A stretch of DNA of 64,000 nucleotides. Source: Alphaproteobacteria bacterium. GTDB taxonomy: Bacteria > Pseudomonadota > Alphaproteobacteria > MPNO01. Made by a program: the position numbers and the translations under genes. The DNA is taken from the NCBI GenBank assembly GCA_965248835.1, contig CBDFLJ010000001.1, positions 480,001 through 544,000 of the forward strand, read 5' to 3'. Below, in pieces: positions 28,332 through 39,231 of this stretch; positions within the stretch are counted from its first letter, which is position 1; each line of letters opens with the position of its first letter. The notes under the pieces were generated by a model. The model saw only the letters and a list, made by a program, of their open reading frames with translations, had not been told where the DNA came from and searched no databases.

Positions 28332-29198
28332 TCAGGGCCAGCTCACGGCCGGCGGCAGCGACATCAGGATGGCCTCGGTATTGCCGCCGGTCTCCAGCCC
28401 GAACCTTGTGCCGCGGTCATAGAGCAGGTTGAACTCGACGTAACGCCCGCGCCGGACGAGTTGGTGAGCGCGCTGGTCCTCGGTCCATGTCCGGTTCATC
28501 CGCGCGCGCACGATCGTTGCGTAGACCGCCAGCACGGCGCGGCCGATGTCCCGGGTGAAGGCGAAATCGGCCTCCCAGTCCCCGCTCGCCAGACCGTCGT
28601 AGAAGATGCCGCCCGCACCCCGGACCTCGGCGCGGTGCGGCAGATAGAAATATTCGTCGCAAGCCTGCTTGAACTTCGGGTAGTAGGCCGGGTCGTGGGC
28701 AGCGCAGGCATCGGCGAGCGCGCGGTGGAACGCCTGTGCCGCGTCCTCGTCGGGGTAGATCGGGGTCAGGTCGGCGCCGCCGCCGAACCACGCCCTGGTG
28801 GTGACGATGAACCGCGTGTTCATGTGCATCGCCGGCACCAGCGGCGAGCGCATGTGCGCGACCAGCGAAATTCCGCTGGCCCAGAACCGCGGGTCGTCCT
28901 CGGCACCGGGGATCTGCTTGCCGAACGCCGGCGAGAACGCGCCATGGACGGTGGAGACGTTGACCCCGACCTTCTCGAAGACCCGGCCCTTCATGATCGA
29001 CATCTCGCCGCCGCCGCCGTCCGAACCGTCATCGGTCGGCCTTTGCCAGGTCTTGCGGCCGAACCGTCCCGGCGGCGGCGCGCCTCCCGGGCCGTCCGGG
29101 AGCGCGTCCTCGATCGCCTCGAAGGACGCGCAGAACGAATCGCGCAGCGCGCCGAACCAGGCCCGCACCCTGTCCTTCCTGGCCTCCAGCGCGGTCAC
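28332..29198 (-). CDS. hemF: Oxygen-dependent coproporphyrinogen III oxidase
   Basis: [44 protein letters not shown]; GTG start 29198. Confidence 0.95.
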   Translation of the reverse strand: MTALEARKDRVRAWFGALRDSFCASFEAIEDALPDGPGGAPPPGRFGRKTWQRPTDDGSDGGGGEMSIMKGRVFEKVGVNVSTVHGAFSPAFGKQIPGAEDDPRFWASGISLVAHMRSPLVPAMHMNTRFIVTTRAWFGGGADLTPIYPDEDAAQAFHRALADACAAHDPAYYPKFKQACDEYFYLPHRAEVRGAGGIFYDGLASGDWEADFAFTRDIGRAVLAVYATIVRARMNRTWTEDQRAHQLVRRGRYVEFNLLYDRGTRFGLETGGNTEAILMSLPPAVSWP

Positions 29199-29305
29199 GG
29201 CACCGACTCCCGCGACCGGGTGGACCCGATGCCCGGACACGCCGCCGGCCGCCGGACCGCGCCGGCGTCCTGCGGGATGTCGAATCGCCAAACAGCCAGC
29301 CACAT
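29195..29305 (-). pseudogene. trmL: Degraded remnant of tRNA (C34/U34 2'-O)-methyltransferase TrmL
   Basis: Manual translation [27 protein letters not shown]...* resembles the TrmL N-terminus (MRLALYQPDIPQNTG.I.R.AAC.G); position between petA and hemF; GTGA overlap with hemF. Confidence 0.65.
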
Positions 29306-29488
29306 CAGCCTGGGGTCCGGGTCTCGTTGACTATCGCTCGAATTCGATTATACCCCTGCGCGAGGTTTGGTTCATGCGCGCGGCCGTCCGGCCGCGTCGG
29401 TAAGCCGCATCCGCGATGTCCGCGTGGCCATCTGCGCTCGGCCCGCGCGCGGTCCGCGTTGTCCCCACTGCCGCCGGGAGAATGTTCA

Positions 29489-30040
29489 ATGGCGAACTCC
29501 GAAGTCGCGACGCCGACGCCGGGCGACGGTCAGACCCGGCGCGACTTCCTGACCATTGCCACCGGCGCGCTCGCCACCGTCGGCAGCGTGGTTGCGATCT
29601 GGCCGCTGATCCAACAGATGAACCCGGCCGCGGACACGCTTGCGCTTGCGACCACCGAGGTCGACCTGTCGCCGGTGGAGCCCGGGCAGTCGATCACCGT
29701 GGTCTGGCAGGGTAAGCCGGTCTTCATCCGTCGGCGCACGCCGCAGGAGATCGAAGCGGCCGAGTCGGTCGACCAGAGCATTCTTCCCGACCCGCAGACC
29801 GATGACCAGCGCACGCAGAAGCCCGAATGGCTGATCGTCGTCGGCGTATGCACCCATCTCGGCTGCATCCCGAAAGGACAGAGCACCGGCGATGCCAAGG
29901 GCGAGTATGGCGGCTGGTTCTGTCCTTGCCACGGCTCGCACTACGACACCTCAGGCCGCATAAGGAAGGGGCCGGCACCGGCCAATTTGCCGGTGCCCGC
30001 CTACAAGTTCACCTCGGAAAACGTCGTCCTGATCGGCTAG
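29489..30040 (+). CDS. petA: Ubiquinol-cytochrome c reductase Rieske subunit
   Basis: Tat motif RRDFL, CTHLGC, CPCHGS. Confidence 0.97.
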   Translation: MANSEVATPTPGDGQTRRDFLTIATGALATVGSVVAIWPLIQQMNPAADTLALATTEVDLSPVEPGQSITVVWQGKPVFIRRRTPQEIEAAESVDQSILPDPQTDDQRTQKPEWLIVVGVCTHLGCIPKGQSTGDAKGEYGGWFCPCHGSHYDTSGRIRKGPAPANLPVPAYKFTSENVVLIG

Positions 30041-30056
30041 CGGGGAGCGAAACGGC

Positions 30057-31337
30057 ATGCCTCAGCCTTGGATGCAGTATCGGTTGGTCAAATGGATCGA
30101 CTACCGCCTGCCGATGTTCACTTTCATGGAAAAGGAGCTCCTGGATTATCCGACGCCCAGGAACCTCAGCTACTGGTGGAACTTCGGCTCGCTGGCCGGG
30201 ATCGTGCTGGTCATCATGATTGTGACCGGCATCGTTCTGGCGATGCACTACACCCCGCATGTCGATCACGCCTTCGGCAGCGTCGAGCGCATCATGCGCG
30301 ATGTGAACTATGGCTGGCTGCTGCGCTACATTCATGCCAACGGCGGGTCGGCGTTCTTCGCGATCGTCTACATCCACATCTTCCGCGGGCTGTATTACGG
30401 CTCCTACAAGGCACCGCGCGAGCTGTTGTGGATCCTCGGCGTGGCGATCCTGCTGTCGATGATGGCCACCGCCTTCATGGGCTACGTTCTGCCGTGGGGC
30501 CAGATGAGCTTCTGGGCCGCAACGGTCATCACCAACCTGTTCTCGGCCATCCCGTTGGTCGGCGATACCATCGTGACCTGGCTGTGGGGCGGCTTCACGG
30601 TCGACAACCCGACGCTCAACCGGTTCTACAGCCTGCACTATCTGATGCCCTTCGTGATCGTCGGGCTCGTCATGCTGCATCTGGTGGCGTTGCACCAGCA
30701 CGGCTCGAACAATCCGCTCGGCATCGATGCCAAGGGGCCGCAGGACAAGATCCCGTTCCATCCCTACTACACCATCAAGGACATGTTCGGTCTGTCGGCG
30801 TTCCTGACGATCTTCGCGGCCTTCGTCTTTTTCGCACCCAACTTCTTTGGCGAGCCCGAGAACTACATCCCGGCGAATCCGTTGCAGACGCCTACCCATA
30901 TCGTGCCCGAATGGTACTTCCTGCCCTATTACGCGATCCTGCGCTCGATCACCTTCGACGTCTGGTTCCTGTCGGCGAAACTGATCGGCGTGATCATGAT
31001 GTTCGGCTCGGTCCTGGTTTTGTTCATCGTGCCATGGCTCGACCGCTCTGCGGTGCGCAGCGCGCGCTACCGGCCGATCTACCGCCAGCTCTTCTGGGTC
31101 CTGTTGGTCGATTGCGTCGTGCTGGGCTGGGTCGGCGGCAATCCGCCGGAGGGCATGTTCGTGGTCATCGGACAGATCGCGACGGCCTACTACTTCGCCC
31201 ATTTCCTGATCCTGATGCCGCTGATACCCAGGTTCGAAAAGACGCGGCCGCTGCCCGCCAGCATCGGCGAGCCGGTCCTGCCCGGCGGTGGGGGTCCCGC
31301 CACGCAAGCGGCCGCCAACCCGATGGAGAAGGCGTGA
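30057..31337 (+). CDS. petB: Cytochrome b
   Basis: [27 protein letters not shown]. Confidence 0.98.
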   Translation: MPQPWMQYRLVKWIDYRLPMFTFMEKELLDYPTPRNLSYWWNFGSLAGIVLVIMIVTGIVLAMHYTPHVDHAFGSVERIMRDVNYGWLLRYIHANGGSAFFAIVYIHIFRGLYYGSYKAPRELLWILGVAILLSMMATAFMGYVLPWGQMSFWAATVITNLFSAIPLVGDTIVTWLWGGFTVDNPTLNRFYSLHYLMPFVIVGLVMLHLVALHQHGSNNPLGIDAKGPQDKIPFHPYYTIKDMFGLSAFLTIFAAFVFFAPNFFGEPENYIPANPLQTPTHIVPEWYFLPYYAILRSITFDVWFLSAKLIGVIMMFGSVLVLFIVPWLDRSAVRSARYRPIYRQLFWVLLVDCVVLGWVGGNPPEGMFVVIGQIATAYYFAHFLILMPLIPRFEKTRPLPASIGEPVLPGGGGPATQAAANPMEKA

Positions 31338-32098
31338 TGAGGGCCGTATTCGGTGCCGCAGTGCTGGCGCTCGGTGCGCTGGCAGGCCAGCCCGCACTCG
31401 CGGCCGGCAACGCTGAGCCGCCGCCGTCGATCAACTGGTCGTTCGACGGCCTGTTCGGCGCCTTCGACCGCGCCGCCCTGCAGCGCGGCTTCCAGGTGTA
31501 TTCGGAGGTCTGCGCGAGCTGTCACGCGCTGAGCCTGCTGCATTACCGCAACCTGGCTGGAATCGGGTTCAACGAGGCGCGGATCAAGGAGATCGCCGCC
31601 GAGGTCGAGGTCACCGACGGCCCCGATGCGGAAGGCGAGATGTTCGACCGCCCCGGCCGCGCAAGCGACCGCTTCGTTGCCCCCTTCCCCAACGCGAACG
31701 CGGCGCGCGCGGCCAACAACGGCGCCTTTCCGCCCGACCTTTCGCTGATGACCAAGGCCCGTGCCGGCGGCGCGGACTATCTGCACGCGCTGCTGATCGG
31801 CTATGTCGATCCGCCGCAGGGCGTCGAGCTGTCGGAGGGCATGGCCTACAACACATACTTCCCCGGCCACCAGATCGCCATGCCGGTGCCGCTGGACGAC
31901 GACATGGTCGAGTACGACGACGGCACCAAGGCGACGGTGGCGCAGATGGCCACGGACGTGACCACCTTCCTCGCCTGGGCCGCCGAACCCGAGCTCGAGG
32001 AGCGCAAGCGCATGGGGTTGAAGATCGTACTGTTCCTGATCCTGCTCACCGGCATGATGTTCGCGGTCAAACGCAAATACTGGACCGGCGTGCACTGA
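31337..32098 (+). CDS. petC: Cytochrome c1
   Basis: Signal peptide, RGFQVY..VCASCH, PPDLS, AMP, WAAEP, C-terminal TM helix. Confidence 0.96.
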   Translation: MRAVFGAAVLALGALAGQPALAAGNAEPPPSINWSFDGLFGAFDRAALQRGFQVYSEVCASCHALSLLHYRNLAGIGFNEARIKEIAAEVEVTDGPDAEGEMFDRPGRASDRFVAPFPNANAARAANNGAFPPDLSLMTKARAGGADYLHALLIGYVDPPQGVELSEGMAYNTYFPGHQIAMPVPLDDDMVEYDDGTKATVAQMATDVTTFLAWAAEPELEERKRMGLKIVLFLILLTGMMFAVKRKYWTGVH

Positions 32099-32116
32099 TC
32101 GTCGGGCGAAGGGCCG

Positions 32117-33004
32117 ATGGCTGAGCCCGGGATGCCGCCGGTGATCGGCGTGATCGGCGGCAGCGGCATCTACGATATCGACGGGCTGGCGGACCGGCGC
32201 TGGGAAGCGGTCGGATCGCCGTTCGGCACGCCCTCGGACTCGGTCCTGTTCGGCACCCTCGACGGCCAGCAACTCGCCTTCCTGCCGCGCCACGGCCGCG
32301 GTCACCGCGTACCGCCGTCCGAGCTCAACTTCCGCGCCAATATCGACGTGCTCAAGCGCGCCGGCGCGACCGAGGTGATGTCGCTGAGTGCCGTCGGCAG
32401 CCTTCACGACGACCTGCCGCCCGGCACGTTCGTGATCGTCGATCAGTTCATCGACCGTACCTTTGCGCGCCGCAAGAGCTTCTTCGAGGCCGGTCTGGTC
32501 GCCCATGTCTCGATGGCCGATCCGGTCTGCTGCCGCCTCGGCGATGCGCTGGAAGCGGCGGCCGGCGCGCTCGAACTGCGCTCGGTGCGCGGCGGGACCT
32601 ATCTGGTGATCGAGGGCCCGCAGTTTTCGACCCGCGCGGAATCCGAGCTCTACCGAAGCTGGGGCGCCTCGGTGATCGGCATGACCAACATGCCCGAGGC
32701 GAAGCTCGCCCGCGAAGCGGAGATGTGCTATGCGAGCGTGGCCATGGTCACCGATTACGACTGCTGGCATCCGCATCATGACGACGTCAGCGTGGCTTCG
32801 GTCATCGCCGTCCTGCAGGAGAACGCGGCCCATGCCCGCGCGCTCGTGGCCGGCGTGGTTCCGGCGCTCGCCGCCCGCCGCGGCGCTTGCGAGGCCGGCT
32901 GTCACACGGCCCTCGACGCTGCGGTGATCACCCCGCCCGATGCGCGCGACCCGGACGTCGCTGCCCGGCTGTCCGCGGTCGCCGGCCGCGTGCTCGACCG
33001 ATGA
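32117..33004 (+). CDS. mtnP: S-methyl-5'-thioadenosine phosphorylase
   Basis: [45 protein letters not shown]. Confidence 0.95.
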   Translation: MAEPGMPPVIGVIGGSGIYDIDGLADRRWEAVGSPFGTPSDSVLFGTLDGQQLAFLPRHGRGHRVPPSELNFRANIDVLKRAGATEVMSLSAVGSLHDDLPPGTFVIVDQFIDRTFARRKSFFEAGLVAHVSMADPVCCRLGDALEAAAGALELRSVRGGTYLVIEGPQFSTRAESELYRSWGASVIGMTNMPEAKLAREAEMCYASVAMVTDYDCWHPHHDDVSVASVIAVLQENAAHARALVAGVVPALAARRGACEAGCHTALDAAVITPPDARDPDVAARLSAVAGRVLDR

Positions 33005-34086
33005 ACGTCGCGGGAACCGCCTATCGGACGATCTGGCTTGCCGATGACGGCGAGACCGTCGAGATCATCGACCAGACCCGCCTGCCGCACGAGTTCACGG
33101 TGGCGCGGCTGGCAAGCTGCGCCGACGCCGCCCATGCGATTGCCGCCATGCAGGTCCGCGGCGCGCCGTTGATCGGGGCCGCCGCGGCCTACGGGATGTG
33201 CCTTGCGATGCGCACCGACGCTTCCGATGCCGCGCTCGAGACGGCGTACGCGCGGCTGCTCGCGACGCGTCCGACCGCGGTGAACCTGCGCTGGGCGCTG
33301 GAGGACATGCGCGCGGTCATCTCGCCGGTCGGACCGGACGAGCGCAAGGCCGCCGCCTATCGGCGGGCGGCCGAGATCTGCGAGAACGATGTGGCGATCA
33401 ACCGCGCGATCGGCACGCACGGGCTCGGGCTGGTTGGCAAGCCGGGCGGCGGCACAGTCAACGTGCTGACCCACTGCAACGCGGGCTGGCTTGCGACGGT
33501 GGATTGGGGCACCGCCCTGGCACCGATCTACCGGGCACACGATGCCGGGATCGACGTCCACGTGTGGGTCGGCGAGACCCGTCCGCGCAACCAGGGCGCA
33601 GCCCTGACCGCCTGGGAGCTTGCCGGGCACGGCGTCCCGCATACCGTGATCGCGGACAATGCCGGCGGCCACCTGATGCGCGAAGGCCGGGTCGATCTGT
33701 GCATCACTGGGACCGATCGGACGACCGCCAACGGCGACGTGTGCAACAAGATCGGCACCTACCTGAAGGCATTGGCGGCGCGCGATAACGGCATCCCGTT
33801 CTATGTCGCCCTGCCGGGGCCGACCATCGATTGGACGCTGTCCAGCGGCCGCGACATCCCGATCGAGGAGCGCCACCCGGGCGAGGTGGCGACGATTACC
33901 GGCCGCACGGGGACGGGCGCGCTCGCCACCGTGCGTCTGACGCCCGAGGCGAGCCCGGCGCTCAACCCGGCCTTCGACGTCACCCCGGCGCGTCTTGTGA
34001 GCGCGTTGATCACCGAGCGCGGCGTGACCGAGGCCTCGGCCGAAGGGCTCTTGAGGCTCTATCCCGAGCGCCGCGCGGCCGGTTGA
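33001..34086 (+). CDS. mtnA: Methylthioribose-1-phosphate isomerase
   Basis: [55 protein letters not shown]. Confidence 0.95.
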   Translation: MNVAGTAYRTIWLADDGETVEIIDQTRLPHEFTVARLASCADAAHAIAAMQVRGAPLIGAAAAYGMCLAMRTDASDAALETAYARLLATRPTAVNLRWALEDMRAVISPVGPDERKAAAYRRAAEICENDVAINRAIGTHGLGLVGKPGGGTVNVLTHCNAGWLATVDWGTALAPIYRAHDAGIDVHVWVGETRPRNQGAALTAWELAGHGVPHTVIADNAGGHLMREGRVDLCITGTDRTTANGDVCNKIGTYLKALAARDNGIPFYVALPGPTIDWTLSSGRDIPIEERHPGEVATITGRTGTGALATVRLTPEASPALNPAFDVTPARLVSALITERGVTEASAEGLLRLYPERRAAG

Positions 34087-34098
34087 CGGGAGGACGGG

Positions 34099-36132
34099 AT
34101 GCAAAGCCGGTGGTCGGACCGCGACGCCGAGGCGATGGTCGAGCACTATGCCGGCCAGGGTGTCGGCCGCGATCTCGCGCTCAGGGTCTATACGACGCGG
34201 CTGCTCGGCCGCGACCACCGACTGGTTCTGCACGGTGGCGGCAACACCTCGGTCAAGACCACGATGGAGGATTTGCTCGGCGAGACCGTCGAGGTGCTGT
34301 GCGTCAAGGGCAGCGGCTGGGACATGGGCGGTATCGAGCCGCCCGGCCTGCCTGCGGTCCGGCTGGCGCCGCTGCGCCGGCTGCTCGCGCTGGAGACGCT
34401 GAGCGATGAGGCGATGGTCAATTTCCAGCGCGGCAACCTGCTCGATTCCGCTGCGCCCAACCCCTCGGTCGAGACGCTGCTGCACGCCTTCATCCCGCAG
34501 AAATTCGTCGATCACACCCATGCCGATGCGGTGCTGTCGCTGACCGACCAGCCCGAAGGGGCGGAGATTTGCGCCGAGCTTTATGGCGGGCGCATCGGAC
34601 TTGTGCCCTACATCATGCCGGGCTTCCGGCTCGCCAAGAAATGCGCCGAGATCCACGCCGCCGACCCGGCGGTCGAAGGGCTGATCCTCTTGAAGCACGG
34701 TGTGTTCACCTTCGGCGAGACCGCGCACGAGGCCTATGAGCGGATGATAGAGGTGGTCTCCCGCGCCGAAGACCGGCTCGGCCGCGCACCGGTCTCGCAC
34801 CCCGTCCCGCGCCGCGCGCCGCCGCTGCCGGCTGCGGCGATCGCGCCGATCCTGCGCGGGCTTGCGAGTGGTGCGGGCAACCAGGCGCCGCGCCGGCTGG
34901 TGCTCGATTTCCGCAACCCCGCGGCGTTGATGGATTATCTCAACCATCCCGACCTCGCCCGGCTCGCGGCGTCGGGGCCGGTCACCCCCGATCACGTGAT
35001 CCGCACAAAGCCCCGGCCGCTGCTGCTCGCAGCGCATGCGGACGAGGCCCGGTTCCGCAACCACGCCAAGGACGCGCTGGCGGCCTTTACGACGGACTAC
35101 GAGGCCTATTTCGCGCGCAACAACGCCACGCAAACGCGCCCGAAGCGGCCGCTCGATCCCTACCCGCGGGTCATCCTGATCCCCGGCGTCGGGCTGTTCG
35201 GGCTCGGGGAGTCGCCCAAGGCGGCCGCCGTGGCCGCGGACCTTGCCGAGACCACCGCGAGGGTGATCACGGCCGCCGAATCGATCGGCCGGTTCGAAAG
35301 CATTTCGGAGTCCGAGATCTTCGATATCGAGTACTGGTCGCTCGAGCAGGCGAAGCTCGGCAAGGGCGCGGAAAAGCCGCTCGCGCGGCATATCGTGGCG
35401 GTGACCGGCGGCGGCTCGGGCATCGGCAGGGCGACCGCCGAGGCGTTCGCCGGCCAGGGCGCGGCGGTCGCCGTCATGGACCGCGACCGCCCGGCCGCCG
35501 AGGCGGTCGCCGCCGCGATCGGCGGCCGTGCATTCGGCTGCGACGTCACCGACCCCGCCTCGGTCGAAACCGCATTCGCCGACCTCGCGCAGGCCTTCGG
35601 CGGGCTCGACATCCTGGTCTCGAACGCAGGCGCGGCCTGGCAGGGCCGGATCGGCGAGGTCGCGGAATCGGTGCTGCGCGAAAGCTTCGAGGTCAATTTC
35701 TACGGCCATCAGCGCGTTGCTCAGGCGGCGGTCCGCATCATGCGTGCCCAGGGGCTCGGCGGCTCGCTGCTGTTCAACACCTCCAAGCAGGCGGTCAATC
35801 CGGGACCCGAATTCGGACCCTACGGCCTGCCGAAGGCGGCAACCCTGTCCTTGATGCGTCAATACGCGCTCGATCACGGCGCCGAGGGGATCCGGGCGAA
35901 TGCGGTGAACGCCGACCGGATCCGATCGGGCCTGCTGAGCGAGCCGATGATTGCCGAACGCGCCAAGGCCCGCGGCGTCAGCGCGCAGGACTACATGTCC
36001 GGCAACCTCCTGGGGCGCGAGGTCACCGCCGCCGACGTCGCCCGTGCCTTCGTCGACCTCGCCTTGTCGGAGAAGACGACCGGTGCGGTGCTCACCGTCG
36101 ATGGCGGCAATATCGCCGCGGCGCTCAGGTAG
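34099..36132 (+). CDS. Bifunctional class II aldolase / short-chain dehydrogenase fusion
   Basis: HGGGNTSVK, KGSG, PSVETLLH, HTH, KHG; SDR TGGGSGIG, NAG, YGLPK. Confidence 0.9.
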   Translation: MQSRWSDRDAEAMVEHYAGQGVGRDLALRVYTTRLLGRDHRLVLHGGGNTSVKTTMEDLLGETVEVLCVKGSGWDMGGIEPPGLPAVRLAPLRRLLALETLSDEAMVNFQRGNLLDSAAPNPSVETLLHAFIPQKFVDHTHADAVLSLTDQPEGAEICAELYGGRIGLVPYIMPGFRLAKKCAEIHAADPAVEGLILLKHGVFTFGETAHEAYERMIEVVSRAEDRLGRAPVSHPVPRRAPPLPAAAIAPILRGLASGAGNQAPRRLVLDFRNPAALMDYLNHPDLARLAASGPVTPDHVIRTKPRPLLLAAHADEARFRNHAKDALAAFTTDYEAYFARNNATQTRPKRPLDPYPRVILIPGVGLFGLGESPKAAAVAADLAETTARVITAAESIGRFESISESEIFDIEYWSLEQAKLGKGAEKPLARHIVAVTGGGSGIGRATAEAFAGQGAAVAVMDRDRPAAEAVAAAIGGRAFGCDVTDPASVETAFADLAQAFGGLDILVSNAGAAWQGRIGEVAESVLRESFEVNFYGHQRVAQAAVRIMRAQGLGGSLLFNTSKQAVNPGPEFGPYGLPKAATLSLMRQYALDHGAEGIRANAVNADRIRSGLLSEPMIAERAKARGVSAQDYMSGNLLGREVTAADVARAFVDLALSEKTTGAVLTVDGGNIAAALR

Positions 36133-36258
36133 CACCGCGCGCCAGCCGGGGTCGCGAGCGCTTCGTTCCACCCCGTCCGATCATCGGGGTGCACGGCATC
36201 GATCGGCGCATTAGGATCGGCTTTTATGCCCTCGAGTCCAGCACGAGGGAGGCTGATC

Positions 36259-37242
36259 ATGCGTGCGATGGTCTTCACCGGCGTCGGCTCCCCGCTCGTC
36301 CTGCAGGAGCGCGCCGTCCCGGAGCCCTCTTCCGAGGAGGTCGTGATCCGTGTGACCGCCTGCGGGGTGTGCCGGACCGACCTCCACGTCGTCGACGGCG
36401 ATCTGCGGCACCCCAAGCTGCTTCTGGTTCCCGGTCACGAGGTGATCGGCCGCGTCGCGGCGCTGGGCGCCGCCGTCGAGGGCCTGACTCCGGGCCAGCG
36501 GGTCGGGATGCCGTGGCTCGGCTGGACCTGCGGTGAATGCCGCTATTGCCGGGATGGGCGGGAGAACCTGTGCCGCGCCGCCCGGTTCAACGGCTATACG
36601 CTGGACGGCGGCTATGCGGAATACGCGCTCGCCGATGCGCGCTACTGCTTCCCGGTCGCCGGCACGCTCGCGGATGCGGAGGCGGCGCCGCTTCTGTGCG
36701 CCGGGCTGATCGGCCACCGCTCGCTGCGCATGGCGGGCGATCCGGCGGCGCTGGGCCTTTACGGCTTCGGTGCCGCGGCCCATATCGTCGCCCAAATCGC
36801 CAGGCACGAGGGCCGCCGGGTCTTCGCCTTCGTGCGCCGGGACGACACCGCGGCGCGCGACTTCGCGCTCGCCCTTGGCGCGGAATGGGCCGGCTGGTCC
36901 GACGAGATGCCGCCCGAGCCGCTCGATGCCGCAATCCTATACGCACCGGTGGGGGCGCTGGTCCCCGCCGCGCTGCGGGCCGTCGCGCCGGGCGGGACGG
37001 TGGTCTGCGCCGGTATCCACATGAGCGACATCCCGTCCTTCCCCTACGACATCCTGTGGGAGGAACGGCGCCTGGTCTCGGTCGCCAACCTGACCCGCCG
37101 GGACGGCGAGGATTTCCTGCCGCTCGCAGCCGCGATTCCGATCAGGCCTTCGGTTCAGGTGCTGCCGCTGGAGCGCGCCAACGAGGCGCTGGCCGCGCTG
37201 CGCGAGGGCGCGCTGAGGGGTGCGGCGGTGCTCGGGATGTGA
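36259..37242 (+). CDS. Zinc-dependent alcohol dehydrogenase
   Basis: CGVCRTDLH, GHE, CGECRYC...C, LLCAG, YGFGAAA. Confidence 0.92.
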   Translation: MRAMVFTGVGSPLVLQERAVPEPSSEEVVIRVTACGVCRTDLHVVDGDLRHPKLLLVPGHEVIGRVAALGAAVEGLTPGQRVGMPWLGWTCGECRYCRDGRENLCRAARFNGYTLDGGYAEYALADARYCFPVAGTLADAEAAPLLCAGLIGHRSLRMAGDPAALGLYGFGAAAHIVAQIARHEGRRVFAFVRRDDTAARDFALALGAEWAGWSDEMPPEPLDAAILYAPVGALVPAALRAVAPGGTVVCAGIHMSDIPSFPYDILWEERRLVSVANLTRRDGEDFLPLAAAIPIRPSVQVLPLERANEALAALREGALRGAAVLGM

Positions 37243-38237
37243 CCGACCTCGTCCCTTGCAAGGTCGCGGGTGACGAACACGATGCGCGAGCGGCGGTCGG
37301 CTGACGGCCAGGCAGCCATGGCGACCGGCGTGTGGAAGACGTGGTGCACGCCATGGATCGCGACCGGGCCGTCCTCGCCCGTCAGGTTGAGGATACCCTT
37401 GACCCGCAGGATGTTGTCGCCGCGCCGGACCCGCAGGTCCTTGAGCCAGGCGGAGAACTGCCGCCAGTCGAGGGGTTCGTCGATGACCAGCGAGAACGTC
37501 ATGATCGACCGGTCGTGGCGGTGCGCGGCCTCGCCGTGGCCGCTTGCCGAATCGGCGCTCAGCCAGGCGCCGATGTCGTTGGGATTTCCGGACCGGTCGT
37601 GCAGGCCCGCCCCGAACAGCGCGTCCGGATCGATCGCGCCGAAAAGCACGCGGATGACCGGCGCGCGCGGGTTCAGCCGGGCCAGGCGGCGGATTAGCGC
37701 CCGGCACGCCTCCTCCTCGGAGAGATCGGATTTGGTCAGCACCAGCCGGTCGGCGACCGCGGCCTGGCGCACCGCCTCGAAATGCTCGTCGAGCTGTCTG
37801 TCGCCGTATACCGCATCGACGGTCGCGATCACCGCATCGAGCCGGAAGAGCCGCGACAGGATCGGGTTGTTGAGGAACCCTTCGATGACGGGCCCCGGGT
37901 CGGCCAGCCCGGTGGTCTCGATGATCAGGCGCACGAACGCTGGGAGCGCGCCGCTGGTCCGGCGCGCGTAGATCGTCGAGAGCGTCGTCTCCAGGTCGTC
38001 CCTGACCACGCAGCACAAGCACCCATTGGTCAGCATGACCACTTCGGCATCGGCATCGTCCAGGAAATACTGATCGAGCCCGATCTCGCCGATCTCGTTG
38101 ATCACCACCGCGGAATCGGCCATCGCCGGATGGCCGATCAGGCGGTTGAGCAGGGTCGTCTTGCCGCTGCCGAGAAAACCGGTCAGCACGGAAACCGGCA
38201 CCCGCTTATCATGATCGCCTCTGCGAAACAGGCTCAT
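37155..38237 (-). CDS. CobW/COG0523 GTPase metallochaperone
   Basis: GFLGSGKTT, NEIGEIGLD, GCLCC, IETTGLADP, LRVKG; 3' end overlaps the convergent ADH gene by 88 bp. Confidence 0.9.
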   Translation of the reverse strand: MSLFRRGDHDKRVPVSVLTGFLGSGKTTLLNRLIGHPAMADSAVVINEIGEIGLDQYFLDDADAEVVMLTNGCLCCVVRDDLETTLSTIYARRTSGALPAFVRLIIETTGLADPGPVIEGFLNNPILSRLFRLDAVIATVDAVYGDRQLDEHFEAVRQAAVADRLVLTKSDLSEEEACRALIRRLARLNPRAPVIRVLFGAIDPDALFGAGLHDRSGNPNDIGAWLSADSASGHGEAAHRHDRSIMTFSLVIDEPLDWRQFSAWLKDLRVRRGDNILRVKGILNLTGEDGPVAIHGVHHVFHTPVAMAAWPSADRRSRIVFVTRDLARDEVGHIPSTAAPLSAPSRSAASASLARSSGST

Positions 38238-38418
38238 GGCGACTTTATCCCTGCATTCCGGCCCTTTTGCGCGGTCGAAGGTCAACCATAGTCGCGCCCG
38301 TCGTTGGCGGTCCAAAAATTTCTTGCGGAGTCCGCTCGGGCGGGGGCACGCTTGGCCCGGAGCACGCGGCGGCGCGAACGCTGTGGAGAACAACAAGGCT
38401 CGGATCGGGGCGAAAGGC

Positions 38419-39204
38419 ATGGCTGACCTGATCGACGTGAGCGGCCGCGTGGCAATCGTTCCGGGCGCCAGCGGCGGCATCGGCAGCGCCGTCGCCGAGG
38501 TCCTGGCCGAGTGCGGCGCCGATGTCGCGCTCGGCTACAGGTCGAACCGCCAACGCGTCGACGAGGTGCTCGATCACGTCGGCAAGCTTGGCCGGCGGGC
38601 GAGCGCGCATCAGGTCGATGCGACCGATCCGGCGGCGATCAAGGCCTGGGTCGATCAGGTGATCGCCGATTACGGTCAGGTCGACATCCTGGCGAATTGC
38701 CTGGGCTGGAAAGGCCACACCTCTTTCTCGTTGTTCACCGAGCAGGACCCGGCGTCGTGGCGCGCCTGCGTCGAGATCGAGCTGATGGCCTGCATCTACT
38801 TCGCCGATGCCGTCATTCCCCACATGATCGAGCGCAGGTACGGGCGGATCGTCACCATCGGCTCGGATTCCAGCAAGGTCGGGGAGTCCGGCGCCGCGGC
38901 GAGCGCCGCGGCGCGCGCCGGCAACAACGCCTTCTCCAAGTCGCTCGCGCGGGAGTGCAGCCGCCACGGCGTGACCGTGAACACCGTCTGTCCTGGGCCG
39001 ACCGACACCCCCGTCCTCGATCAGCTCAACAATTCCGGCGATACCGGCCAGAAGATCGTCGCGGCGCTGATCCGCTCGATCCCGATGAAGCGCATCGGTA
39101 CGCCGCGCGAGGTCGCCAACGCGGTCGCCTTCCTCGCCTCGGATGCAGCGAGCTACATCACCGGCCAGGCGATCAGCGTGTCCGGCGGCTTGACTATGTC
39201 ATAG
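38419..39204 (+). CDS. Short-chain dehydrogenase (BadH-like)
   Basis: GASGGIG, GSD, KSLARE, VCPGPTDT, ITGQAISVSGGLTM; ASAAAR where YxxxK is expected. Confidence 0.85.
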   Translation: MADLIDVSGRVAIVPGASGGIGSAVAEVLAECGADVALGYRSNRQRVDEVLDHVGKLGRRASAHQVDATDPAAIKAWVDQVIADYGQVDILANCLGWKGHTSFSLFTEQDPASWRACVEIELMACIYFADAVIPHMIERRYGRIVTIGSDSSKVGESGAAASAAARAGNNAFSKSLARECSRHGVTVNTVCPGPTDTPVLDQLNNSGDTGQKIVAALIRSIPMKRIGTPREVANAVAFLASDAASYITGQAISVSGGLTMS

Positions 39205-39231
39205 GGCGGAACGAGCGCAAGAGGTGGTCCG

